Below, in pieces: positions 1-9,828 of a DNA stretch of 64,000 bases (positions are counted from its first letter, which is position 1; each line of letters starts with the position of its first letter). The notes below the pieces were generated by a model. The model ran no database searches. It was not told the DNA's origin and saw only the letters and a list, made by a program, of their open reading frames with translations. The translations under genes were made by a program, and so were the position numbers. The DNA comes from an uncultured Gemmatimonadales bacterium (GTDB lineage: Bacteria > Gemmatimonadota > Gemmatimonadetes > Longimicrobiales > RSA9). The stretch spans positions 256,001 to 320,000 of the forward strand of contig CAWCRS010000008.1 in the NCBI GenBank assembly GCA_963798085.1, in the 5' to 3' direction.

Positions 1-1
1 C

Positions 2-205
2 ACGGGCGCCACGGGCAAGGCGCCGCACAACCATCTGCATTTCGCGGCCAGGCCGGGCCCGGACAACGCCGAATTCGTGGTGCCGTACAGCTCCATGGGT
101 GACGAGCTGCCGGTCGTATTCCGCGATGTCAGCAACTTCCTGGGCACCGACGGCGTGCCGACGAAGCTGAACTGGTACACGTCGTCCACCGCGGAGCGGT
201 CATGA
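2..205 (+). CDS. C-terminal fragment of an M23-family peptidase-domain protein (5' end outside window); paralogue of the next gene
   Basis: Frame 2 translates to TGATGKAPHNHLHFAARPGPD...LPVVFRDVSNFLGTDGVPTKLNWYTSSTAERS*. It has the M23 HxH motif and matches the end of 213..2663 (GDTGVSFHNHLH...IPYVFKDVDGPVTKLNWYRSST). Not in the ORF track. Confidence 0.85.
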   Translation, partial: TGATGKAPHNHLHFAARPGPDNAEFVVPYSSMGDELPVVFRDVSNFLGTDGVPTKLNWYTSSTAERS

Positions 206-212
206 GGCGCGC

Positions 213-2663
213 ATGGTGATGGGCTCCGTGCTGGCGCAGCCGCAGCGTGTGCGGCGAGGCCGGGTGGCCGGGCCGGAGGCCGCGCTGATCGCGGACCTGG
301 GCAGCCTGCTCACTCGCCTGACCACGGACGCCAGCCGCGGCGGCCGCATCGCCGGAATCGTGCAGGACGCGCTGCTCGCCGCCTTCGAGCGCATCGTCAA
401 TCAGCATCTCGCAAAGGTGCAGCAGGCCGGGCCGCGCGTACTCCAGCGGCTGGGCGACCTGGCGCGCGCGATTACGGGTCTGGATGCCAGCGTGCGCGTG
501 AATACGCCGGCGGACGCGCTCGACATCGCGCGCCGGCTGCTCGATCACGTCGCGGACGGCATGGAAGGGTTGAGCGCGGCGAAGATCCAGCCTCACGTCG
601 TCGCCTTCATCGACATTCTCGCGACGGATCTGGGCTTCAGCATCGAGCAGGCCGAGTCGGAGTTCCGCGCCCTGTTCGACGACGTCATCAACGCGCTCGA
701 AGCGGCGCCGCCCGAGCCCTCGGTGGAGGCACGCGAATCCCGCCTCGAGGCTGCGTGCGTGCTGCGCCAGCTGCGCCGCCACGTGCTGGCGCGGTTCCAG
801 CTGGAGCGCATGGATGCCGCCCGCCTTGCCAGCCGCCTTGCCCGGCTGGTGAGCAACCTGCGCGCGCCCGCCTTCGCCAGCCGCCTGCGCTGCGTGGCGA
901 GGGCACTCGAACAGGCAGTTAGTACGGGCCGCGCAGTCCAGGACCTGGTGCCCGCCGGCGCGTTCGCCGGCTTCCGCAGCCTGGGCGCGGCGGCCGCGGC
1001 GGCCGCACAGAAGGAGCAGTACTGCTGGTACGCGTCCTGGGTGCTGCATGACGACGTCGTGATCAGCAGCGACGGCACCGGGATCCGCAAGGGCAACACC
1101 GTCATTGCGCACGGCCGCGACCTGACGCTGGCCGACATTCCGCAGTTCCTGCCGGGCCACGACCCGCATTTCTCGTTCGCCCGGTTCGGCGTCGAAACGC
1201 TGGAAACCATCGCGCTGGCCAGCGCCGCGGGTGCGGACGCGCTGATGTTCCTGCTGCACTTCATCTCGCTGGAGCAGGGCAATGTGATCGCCAACAGCGT
1301 GAACCTGCCGCTGGCCTTCACGTCAGGCAGTCTCAAGGTCGTGCTCCGCCATCCGCTGATGGGTCCCATCAAGGAGCAGTGGCTGCTGCCGCTGGCGCTC
1401 ACGTTCCCGGCATCGCTCGAGGGGCTGCACGACAAGGCCACCGGCAAGAACCGCTTCCTGATGTGGCTCACGCTGGTGGGCCCGGATGTGGGCGAGGAGC
1501 GACTGTACCGCTTCTACGGCAGTGCGCTCCGCAATGCGCTGTTATCCACGCTCACACTGCTGAATCACAAGGAGCCGGCGGCCGCTGGTGTCCGCCCGGA
1601 GAACTTCAAGGAGCTGGACGGCTTCTCCGATTTCATCGGCTACATCATCGCCATCATGATCTCGACACACATGAGTCGCGATGACTGGTGGATCCTCAAT
1701 GCGCAGGTCACGCCCAGCCAGATCCAGTGGTCGCTCTTCTTCTGGCACTGGCTGGGCAAGTCCACGCTCTGCGCCATGACGGGGCGGCTGGTGGGCGGCT
1801 TCTATGCCTTCATCGCGTCGCAGGCCAGGGCGCCCTTCAAGTCCTGGCTCTTCCCCAGCTGGTACATGATGCTCGTGCACTGGTTCTGGTACATCGCATT
1901 CACCTACTGGCACATGGATGGCGACACCGATGACGGCCGCTACAACGGCCACACCGGCGGCGCCGCCTTCACCGGCTATCCGTCGAACGGCAGTTCGCCG
2001 TACACACTGCCGTATTCCGGCAGCCTGTGTTATGTGGGGCAGGCCAATGAAGGCGTGTTCAGCCACAACCACCGCAACGGCGATCAGACGTACGCCATCG
2101 ACTTCTCGCTCGACCAGGACAGACACGTGCTGTGCGCGCGGCCCGGCACGGTCGTCGACTGGTTCGATTTCGCGCCCGACAACGAGAACACGTCCACCGC
2201 GGCGGATCCGGCCATCGTCAAGGCCGGACAGACACACAACAGCGGCGCCAACTTCGTGCTGGTGCGCCACGACATCGATGACAATGGCGTGGACATACCC
2301 GTCGGCACCTTCGACGCCGTGCACGATCTGGGCGAAGCCGGCGTGGCGGGTCGCACGTACGCGCTGTATCTGCACGGCCGCAATGGCAGCGTGCGCGAGG
2401 CTTTCCTCAGCCGCGGCATCAACGCGGTCGACATCATCGGCCAGGTCGTGAAGCGCGGAGACTGGATCATGCGCGCGGGTGACACCGGCGTCAGCTTCCA
2501 CAACCACCTGCACATGGCGATCTCCATCGGACCCGACGTGAAGCTGCCCACCAGCGTGAAGCTGTCCGGACTGAGCGATCCTGACATCCCGTATGTGTTC
2601 AAGGATGTCGACGGTCCGGTCACCAAGCTGAACTGGTACCGCTCCAGCACGGTGGAGACCTGA
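213..2663 (+). CDS. 816-aa protein: helical N-terminus, hydrophobic multi-helix middle, C-terminal M23 (LytM-like) metallopeptidase domain; candidate injection-system cargo
   Basis: C-terminus has SHNH...YAIDF, ARPGTVV, NFVLVRH, YLHG, VKRGDWIMRAGDTGVSFHNHLH (M23 pattern). Several hydrophobic segments at about aa 330-565. No signal peptide. Stop is 3 bp before the spike-hub gene. Confidence 0.8.
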   Translation: MVMGSVLAQPQRVRRGRVAGPEAALIADLGSLLTRLTTDASRGGRIAGIVQDALLAAFERIVNQHLAKVQQAGPRVLQRLGDLARAITGLDASVRVNTPADALDIARRLLDHVADGMEGLSAAKIQPHVVAFIDILATDLGFSIEQAESEFRALFDDVINALEAAPPEPSVEARESRLEAACVLRQLRRHVLARFQLERMDAARLASRLARLVSNLRAPAFASRLRCVARALEQAVSTGRAVQDLVPAGAFAGFRSLGAAAAAAAQKEQYCWYASWVLHDDVVISSDGTGIRKGNTVIAHGRDLTLADIPQFLPGHDPHFSFARFGVETLETIALASAAGADALMFLLHFISLEQGNVIANSVNLPLAFTSGSLKVVLRHPLMGPIKEQWLLPLALTFPASLEGLHDKATGKNRFLMWLTLVGPDVGEERLYRFYGSALRNALLSTLTLLNHKEPAAAGVRPENFKELDGFSDFIGYIIAIMISTHMSRDDWWILNAQVTPSQIQWSLFFWHWLGKSTLCAMTGRLVGGFYAFIASQARAPFKSWLFPSWYMMLVHWFWYIAFTYWHMDGDTDDGRYNGHTGGAAFTGYPSNGSSPYTLPYSGSLCYVGQANEGVFSHNHRNGDQTYAIDFSLDQDRHVLCARPGTVVDWFDFAPDNENTSTAADPAIVKAGQTHNSGANFVLVRHDIDDNGVDIPVGTFDAVHDLGEAGVAGRTYALYLHGRNGSVREAFLSRGINAVDIIGQVVKRGDWIMRAGDTGVSFHNHLHMAISIGPDVKLPTSVKLSGLSDPDIPYVFKDVDGPVTKLNWYRSSTVET

Positions 2664-2666
2664 GTC

Positions 2667-3794
2667 ATGGCCTTCGACCTCCCGCTCTTCGGCAGCAGTG
2701 CACCCCCCGCGGTGCGGCGCCCGCTGTTCCAGGTGTCATTCGGCGGCGGCGCCGCTGCCGGTGGGGGCGGCCTGCTCTCCGCCGCGGCATCCGCCGTCGG
2801 CCTGGGCGGTGGCGGTGCGGCGGATCCGTGGCAGCGCTCGATTGCGCGCATCACGCTCGAGCGGGGTGTGGCGCCCGAGCTGGATGGCGCGGAGATCACG
2901 CTGGCCGATGATGCACAGGCGCCACCCGTCGCGGTGGGCGACGCGGGCAGCATCGCACTGGGCTTCGAGGATGAAGGTCCGACCACTGTCTTCACCGGCC
3001 GCATCGAAGCGATCCGCCGTGATGCGCGCGGCTCACAGCGCATTACCATCGCGAACGGCGCTGCTCGCCTGGCAGCACTGCGCGTGCAGCAGAGCTTCGA
3101 GAATCAGTCGGCCGGCAATGTCGTGCGCGAACTGGCGGGCAAGGCCAATGTGACGCCCGGCAACATTGCCGACGGCGCAGACCTCGCCTTCCTCGTGCTG
3201 GATGATGCACGCAGTGCGTGGGACCACATTGCCAGACTGGCGCGCGTCAGCGGGCATATGGCGATCATGACTGCGGATGACGAACTGGATTTCCGGCCGC
3301 CGGACGACGGCCAGCCCGTGCAGTCGTTCCGCTGGGGCGTCAATGTGCTGTCCCTCGAGCGCGCGCAGACCGAACCGGTGTTCCAGAGTGTGACGGTTTC
3401 GGGCGAAGGCGCGGCGGGCAGTCAGGGCAAGGATGCGTGGAACTGGCTGACCAAACAGCCATCGTCGGTGACGGGTCAGGCGGGCAGCGGCGATCGCACG
3501 CGCAGCTTCGCGGACCGCGCACTGCGCACGGCGGACGCGGTGCAGGCGGCGGCGCGCGCCCTCGCGGATGCGGCGGCCCGCGCGGCGCAGGCGGGCGTGC
3601 TGCTCGTGCCGGGCGCGCCCGCTGTGCTGCCCGCCTCACAGATCCAGATCGGCAGCACACCGCGCGGTGGCATGGACGGCACATACCTGGTCACGCGCGT
3701 CCGACACACCTGCGACAAGCGCGCCGGCTTCCGCACACGCGTGCAGTTCATTGGCGCGAGCGGCGCGGCGGGCGCGACAGGAGGCCTGCCGTGA
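2667..3794 (+). CDS. Baseplate hub protein, gp27 / phage late control D / VgrG N-terminal (Afp8-like)
   Basis: LGF..GPTTVFTGRI, SAWDHIARLARVSG, LDFRPP, GxPAVLPAS.IQI, DGTYLVTRVRHT..GFRT motifs typical of GPD/VgrG hubs; followed by gp5, PAAR and gp25. Confidence 0.85.
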   Translation: MAFDLPLFGSSAPPAVRRPLFQVSFGGGAAAGGGGLLSAAASAVGLGGGGAADPWQRSIARITLERGVAPELDGAEITLADDAQAPPVAVGDAGSIALGFEDEGPTTVFTGRIEAIRRDARGSQRITIANGAARLAALRVQQSFENQSAGNVVRELAGKANVTPGNIADGADLAFLVLDDARSAWDHIARLARVSGHMAIMTADDELDFRPPDDGQPVQSFRWGVNVLSLERAQTEPVFQSVTVSGEGAAGSQGKDAWNWLTKQPSSVTGQAGSGDRTRSFADRALRTADAVQAAARALADAAARAAQAGVLLVPGAPAVLPASQIQIGSTPRGGMDGTYLVTRVRHTCDKRAGFRTRVQFIGASGAAGATGGLP

Positions 3795-4402
3795 GCGCGA
3801 CACTGGTGGACTCCGTACGCCGCGTCGTGGCGGAGGAACTGCGGCGCCTGCGCTTCGCCGACCTGGCGCGCGTCACCGACATCCACCCCTCCGATCCCGA
3901 CAACTACGCCTGCACCGTCGAGCTGCGCGACAGCGGCATCGTGCTCAAGAACGTGCCCGTCGCCACGCACAGGATCGGCACGGTCAGCATTCCCGCGGTG
4001 AACGACCTCGTGCTCGTGCAGTTCGTGGGCGGGGATGTGAATGCGCCCGTCATTGTGGGCAGTCTCTACAACGACGAGGACCGGCCGCCGGAGAACAAGG
4101 ATGGGCAGTGCATCCTGCACCTGCCGCCCGGCGCGGCTGATTCGGATGCGGCGCACATCGAGCTGACCAGCGTGGATGCGCGCGTGCTCGTGATCCGCAT
4201 GGGCAGCACGGAGGTCACCATTCAGGATGATGACCCCGCCATCAGGATCAATGTGGGTGGCAACGCCACGCTGACGATTGGCAGCAATGGCGCGGTCAAG
4301 CTGCAATCCTCCGGCAGCATTGAAATCAAGGGCGATGGCAATGTTTCCGTGGAAGCGGGTGGTACGCTGAAGCTCAAGGGTGCCGTCGTGAACATCAACT
4401 GA
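3791..4402 (+). CDS. Baseplate spike protein V / gp5 (OB-fold plus beta-helix)
   Basis: GTG start overlaps the previous stop (GTGA). IPAVNDLVLVQFVGGDVNAPVIVGSLYN is a gp5 OB-fold signature; C-terminal beta-strand repeats end LKGAVVNIN. Confidence 0.9.
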   Translation: MSATLVDSVRRVVAEELRRLRFADLARVTDIHPSDPDNYACTVELRDSGIVLKNVPVATHRIGTVSIPAVNDLVLVQFVGGDVNAPVIVGSLYNDEDRPPENKDGQCILHLPPGAADSDAAHIELTSVDARVLVIRMGSTEVTIQDDDPAIRINVGGNATLTIGSNGAVKLQSSGSIEIKGDGNVSVEAGGTLKLKGAVVNIN

Positions 4403-4411
4403 GCGACCGTC

Positions 4412-4795
4412 ATGGGACAGCCCGCCGCCAAACAGGGAGACTTCATTCAGGCCGTGGACACGCACATCGTGATCATCGGCCCGGCCACGCCGGCACTGCC
4501 GCATCCGTTCATGGGGCAGATCGACGGCGAGCTGAGCAGTGACGTGAACATCGAGGGCAAGCCGGCCGCGGTCGTGGGCAGCACGGCGAGCAACACGCCG
4601 TCGCACATTCCGGCAGGCGGGTCCTTCATGAATCCGCCGAAGAACAAGGGCACGATCATCATGGGCAGCGGCACGGTGAACATCAACGGCAAGCCGGCCG
4701 CGCGCATGGGTGACACGGCCACGACGTGCAATGACCCCGCGGACCTGCCTGTCGGCAAGGTGATCGCGTCCGGTACCGTGTTCATGGGAGGTTGA
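4412..4795 (+). CDS. PAAR-domain spike tip protein
   Basis: PAAKQGD, VNIEGKPAAVVG, VNINGKPAARMGD motifs with His/Cys metal ligands. Confidence 0.95.
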   Translation: MGQPAAKQGDFIQAVDTHIVIIGPATPALPHPFMGQIDGELSSDVNIEGKPAAVVGSTASNTPSHIPAGGSFMNPPKNKGTIIMGSGTVNINGKPAARMGDTATTCNDPADLPVGKVIASGTVFMGG

Positions 4796-4796
4796 G

Positions 4797-5298
4797 GTGG
4801 CGCAGAACGCGAACCTGCTCACGGACGTGCGCCTGGAGCTGCAGGACCACCGCCTGCGACCCGTCTATGTCGCGGCGCAGCGCGAAACGCACGTGCCCAC
4901 GCGGCCCGATCGCTTTCTCGATTTCAGATGTCACCACCGGTCGCGACAATCTGGCGCAGGCCATCATCATGCGGCTGCTGACGCCGCGCGGCGAGCTGGA
5001 CGCGCTCGGCCACCCGGAATACGGCTCGCGACTGCACGAGCTGATCGGCCGCACTAACACGGACACAACACGCAACCTGGTCAAGCTCTTCATCCTCGAG
5101 GCGCTGCAGCTGGAGCCGCGCATCGAGCCGAAGCTGACCGTGATCGTGACGCCCGCGGACGAGAAGCCGCCCGCCGTGGGCAAGGGCGCACGCAATGTGA
5201 CGCTGGCGCCGCGCGTCAATGTCGAGATTTCCGTCACGCCGGTCGGCGAAACCGCTGTCGTGACGATCGGACCCTTCACGCTGGAGCTCGAACCGTGA
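4797..5298 (+). CDS. gp25/GPW-family baseplate wedge protein with an apparent +1 frameshift near 4926
   Basis: ORF 4797 (MAQNANLL...RFLDF) joins the ORF 4792 frame (DVTTGRDNLAQAIIMRLLTPRGEL..HPEYGSRLHELIG...EPRI, a gp25 signature) if one extra base in gat-ttc-A-gat is removed. Confidence 0.85.
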
Positions 5299-7061
5299 GC
5301 TTCCGACGACGTGGTTATCCCGAGGTCCTGGAAAACCTGCTGACCTCGCTATCGGGCGGTGTTGCCGCCGAGACCCAGCCGTTCCCACCCGACGGCGCAA
5401 CCTCGCCCCCGTTCCGCATGTCGCTGGAACAGACGCAGGCACGCGATGTCATTTCCGTGCACGGCACGCGCAACGGCGAATCGCACCGCTTCCGCAAGGG
5501 CACCGACTTCACACTGGATGGCGCGGCACTGGTCTGGCCGGAAGCGGCGGAACTGCCGGATCCGGGCACGATCGTGCACGTCAACTACTTCGGCCCGCCC
5601 CGCGCTTCGCCCGTGACCGACATCCACACGGGCAGTGTCGTGCGCACACTCGCGGAGACCATTGCGCTCGAGATCGCGGGACTCTACGCGCAGCTGGAAG
5701 CCGTCTACGAGTCGGCGTTCATCGATACCGCGGACGGGCGCTCGCTGGATCACGTGGTGGCGCTGCTGGGCATCGAGCGCGTGCGCAGCGGCCGGGCGAC
5801 GACGCAGATCGAGTTCACGCGCGCACCCGGCAGCCGCGGCGCGATCACGATTCCCGCCGGCACACGCATCATGGACGAGCAGGGCGAGATCGAGTACGAG
5901 ACCACCGAGGAGGCCACACTGCCGCCCGAGCAGAAGACGATTCGAGTGGCCGCACGCGACCTCGAACCCAACGACCCCGTGGCCGCGGACACACTCACTG
6001 TCCTGCCTGTTCCCATCGCCGGCATCGTGCAGGTGAGCAATCCGGGCCCGGCCGTGCTGGGCACGAAGGATGAAACCGATGAAGAGCTCCGCACGCGCGC
6101 GAAGAGCTTCCTCCACGGCAGCGAACGCGCCACGATTGGGGCACTGCGTGGTGCCGTGACACGCCAGGGCGGCAACATCACGGCGGATGTCGTGGAAGAC
6201 GACACGCCGGGTTTCGTCTCCATCACGCCGCACGCGGAATCGCTGTCGCCCACACTGCACCAGCGGCTCCTCTCGGCCGTCAACGATGCGCGCCCCGCCG
6301 GTGTGCGCGTGACGCTCCAGGCCGAGGTGCCGCCGCGCAAGGTGAGTGTCGAACTGCGCCTGATAACCCTGAGCACACTGCTCGAGCAGGACCTGCGCGC
6401 CGCACACGACGCGGTCAAGGCGAAGATCACCGACTACTTCGCGAAACTGCCGGTCAGTGAGAATGGCAGTGTCAACAAGCTCGTGGGTCTGGCGCTGAGC
6501 GTGCCGGGTGTCGAGGATGTGCGCGTGCTGGGCGCCACGCTCGACAATGGCACGGACATTCTCGATCGCAATGCCGGACTGCTGCGTATTGCAGACCTGC
6601 CCACAGTGCTCGGCTCGCTGCGCGTGGCAGACCCCAACCTGGCCACCACGCTGCTGGCCGCGATCACGTTCCCCAACGGTGAAGCGCCGGCGGACGCGGC
6701 GCAGATCCAGGCGTCGCTCGAGGAACTGATTGCGTACGTGAACGCGATCAACGCCAGCGAGCCGGACGGCGCCGCCGATCAGGCCGCGCGTACCCTCAGC
6801 TACGGCAAGTTCCTGCTGGCCACGCCGTTGCCCGGCCATGCGGCGGGCAGTCTCGAGGATTTCAATGCGCAGGCCGCGAGCGGCACCGCTCCCGCGCTGC
6901 CTGATGCGAGTACGGCGCTGCCGTACCGCGTGAGCTTCGTGCTGACACAGGCCACAGGTCTGGCGACACGTCTCAGTCAGGCCGCTCAGAATTACACGCT
7001 GACACCGTTCGAGCGTCTGACACTGGGTGCGGTGCAGGTCGCGGTGGATGGCAATGCCTAG
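5295..7061 (+). CDS. Baseplate J / gp6 / gp47-family protein
   Basis: GSVVRTLAE, AFIDTADGRSLDHVVALLGIER, IPAGT, GTKDETDEELRTR, RPAGVRV motifs; overlaps the gp25 stop. Confidence 0.9.
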   Translation: MSFRRRGYPEVLENLLTSLSGGVAAETQPFPPDGATSPPFRMSLEQTQARDVISVHGTRNGESHRFRKGTDFTLDGAALVWPEAAELPDPGTIVHVNYFGPPRASPVTDIHTGSVVRTLAETIALEIAGLYAQLEAVYESAFIDTADGRSLDHVVALLGIERVRSGRATTQIEFTRAPGSRGAITIPAGTRIMDEQGEIEYETTEEATLPPEQKTIRVAARDLEPNDPVAADTLTVLPVPIAGIVQVSNPGPAVLGTKDETDEELRTRAKSFLHGSERATIGALRGAVTRQGGNITADVVEDDTPGFVSITPHAESLSPTLHQRLLSAVNDARPAGVRVTLQAEVPPRKVSVELRLITLSTLLEQDLRAAHDAVKAKITDYFAKLPVSENGSVNKLVGLALSVPGVEDVRVLGATLDNGTDILDRNAGLLRIADLPTVLGSLRVADPNLATTLLAAITFPNGEAPADAAQIQASLEELIAYVNAINASEPDGAADQAARTLSYGKFLLATPLPGHAAGSLEDFNAQAASGTAPALPDASTALPYRVSFVLTQATGLATRLSQAAQNYTLTPFERLTLGAVQVAVDGNA

Positions 7062-9826
7062 TTTGCCCGCGCTGATCGACCGGCTGCCATCGCTCTACCG
7101 GCCGGAACCCGACGACGGCACACTGCTGGCCACACTGCTGGCCAGTGTCGCCGCCGAGCTGGATGCTGCACGCGATGACACCAGCATGCTGCTGCCCGCG
7201 CACTGGGTGCTGCACGCGGATCGCGCGACGTTCGATCCCTGGTTCACACGCCGCCGCCAGCGGGCCGGGCTGCCCGCACTCGTTCCCACGGACCTGCTCG
7301 ATTTCGACGATGCGCGCAAGTTCCTCATCGCGGTGAAGGATGCGAACACACCGCTCACCGAATTCCTGCGCGATTCGCTCAGCAGCACGCTGCAGGCCGA
7401 GCTGGATGCGTGGGATGACGCCCTGCAGCCGCCGATCGTGCTGCAGCGCCACGCGCTGGATGCGCTGACCCGCCTGGCCCGTGGCGCGCTGCTCTACAAT
7501 GGGGCACGCTTCGATGGCGTGACCCTGTCCGCGGCAACTGTGGCGCGAGCCGAAGCGAACCCGCCGGGCGTCGAGCGCACTGCCGTGAACGTGCAGCTGC
7601 TGCTCGAGGCGTTCCCCGCCCAGCTGCGGGCCGCGTCGCTGGACCTGGCGTTCGTGCGCGATCTCGGGCGGCTGGGCGCACTCGTGCCCGTGGTGCCGTG
7701 GCGGGAACCGCTTTCGCTGCGCGAGACCGTCGAGGCGTTCCGCATCCGCATGCAGCGCATGGTGGCGCTCTACCGGCACGGCCTGGGCACCGTGAACGCA
7801 CTGCGCTCCGTTGTCGAGGCCACACTGCCCGTGGATTTCGCGCAACCCGCAGAGCTGCGCGATCGCCCGTTCGCCATCGAGGAGTTCACGCCGCTCGCCG
7901 TGACGGCGGTGGCCGCGCCCACCAATGGCCCGCCCGACAACCTAGTCGGGCCGCTCATGCGCTGGGTGATCGAGAATCCCGGCCTGAGCGCGGCGGCGCC
8001 GACGCTTCTCGTCACCGGACTCTCGCCCGCTGCCGGGATTGCCGCCACCTCCCACCCGCTGATCGAGCGGATCGGTGGTGGCAGCGGGCGCAAACACGTT
8101 GCTATCGGCTATGCCGGCACTGTGGCCGCCAGCGACACACTGCGGCTGCGTCCGACGTACGCCACGTGGACGCTCGGGCAGGCCGGACTCCTGCGTGCGG
8201 ATCACCTGCCGGATGGCGAGACACCCGCCGACCCCACCGAGCCCGGCGCCGCTGCGGCCGTGGCCGGTGCGCCTGCCGGCATTGTGGCGCTGTTCCAGAC
8301 CTCCGACGGCGTGCTCTGGGCCGCGGCCGACAATGGCGCCACGCTGGCCCGCTTCGATGGCGTCGCCTGGAACAGCTTCGCCTCCGGCCTGGCCGCCATC
8401 CGCTGCTTCGCCGAGCACGATGATGCGCTGCTGCTGGGTACAGCCGCTGGCCTGCTGCGAACCCCACTGTTCCCGGCACAGGGCGAAGACCCGACACCGG
8501 CGCCGGTTCCGGGCTTCGCGAACATCGCGGTTCGCAGCATCACGCCGCCAGAGGGTGGCACCGAACGGTGGCTGGGCACGGACACCGGCGCGCTCCACTG
8601 GGATGGCACCGGCTCGCCTGACATTGTCGTGCTGGGCGGCGGCGCGGGCATCAGCACCCCCGTGCACGCCCTCGCGCTCGATCCCGGTGGCGCCATCCAT
8701 TTCGCCTGTGACCTGGGCGTCTTCCAGTACCAGCCGATGCGGGCCGCGTGGTACTGGTACGCGGGCGATGCCTTCACCGAACAGACACCCGAGTGGCGGG
8801 CATTCAGCGCGACTGCCGACGGCACACCCGGGACCGGGAACGTCTTCCTGCCGGCCGTGCTGGATATTCGTCGCGGTCCCAATGCATCGCTCTGGCTGGC
8901 CACCGCGAATGGCATCGCACGCTACGTCGCGCTCGAGGTCGACAGCGGCAGCTATACGACCTGCCTCGAGGCGTTTCCCGACCTGTGCGCCGGGCCGGTC
9001 ACACAAATGCTCGAGGACGCGCGCGGCGGCATCTCGGTTCTGCACGGAGCGCGGGCTGCTGCGCTTCGATGGCCGCGACTGGTACCAGCGGCGAGGCGAG
9101 GCGTGGGTGCACCTGGGCCGCTCCAATGTGCTGCCCGGCGCAGCGGCGAGGCCGCGCGGCAGCTGGCGTTTCGACCGCGCCGGCAGCCGCTGGCAGCGCT
9201 TCGATACCGGCAGCGGCAGCTGGCTGACGCCCGTTACCCAGCTGCGCACCACGGGCGAGCCGGCGGTGACCCACGTGATGGTGACTGACCACGTCGTCGG
9301 CGACCTGGGCAGCTTCAATGGCGCCAGCTTCACGCACGCCTCGGACGTGGCCGCTAACGACGTGTTCATGCACGTCAAGCCGGCCGAGGACCGCATTGTC
9401 GTGGGCGGCATGCCGTATCTGCCACGCGTGCCCCCGGGCACCTCCGCGTGGCGCTATCTGGAGCGCGAGCCGGCCAATCTGCAGCCGCCAGCCGCGGGCG
9501 ACCGGCCCGCATGGAGCACCGAGGGACGGCTGTTTCCGCCGCCGCCCGCACTGGACGCACCCTACGCGGGCCGCCATGACGTGGACACGCCCGCCGACGG
9601 TCATTTCGACCAGGCCGTGTTTTCCTTTGATCCGGCCGCGCGCGTGACGTTCATCTTCGAGCCGCGCCGGCCCTGTGCGGTCCTGGTCCGGTTGTATCGA
9701 CGCGCCACTGATCCCGCTTACGACCCCGCTGTGCTGGACCGCGTCTGGGAAGGCATCCAGCGGGTCCGGCCCGCGGGTGTGCGCACCCTGCTTGCCGTGG
9801 ACGAGACCATCGTCAGGAGGAGCTGA
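7054..9826 (+). CDS. gp7 / tail protein I-like baseplate wedge protein (~920 aa) with internal beta-propeller repeats; apparent +1 frameshift near 9035
   Basis: N-terminal LIDRLPSLYRPE, DLGRLGAL...ETVEAFRIRM...GLGTVNAL; C-terminal VRPAGVR. Repeats LWAA, LLLGTAAGL, WLGTDTGA, LWLATANGI. Removing one base in atc-t(c)gg-ttc gives DARGGIWFCTERGLLRFDG and joins ORFs 7027 and 8075. Confidence 0.8.
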
Positions 9827-9828
9827 AC

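Noticed and set aside
2667..7061. Type VI secretion system
   Set aside because: No TssJ/L/M, TssK, TssF/G or ClpV in view, and the wedge is phage baseplate-J/gp7 type. Upstream sequence is not visible, so this is not fully excluded.
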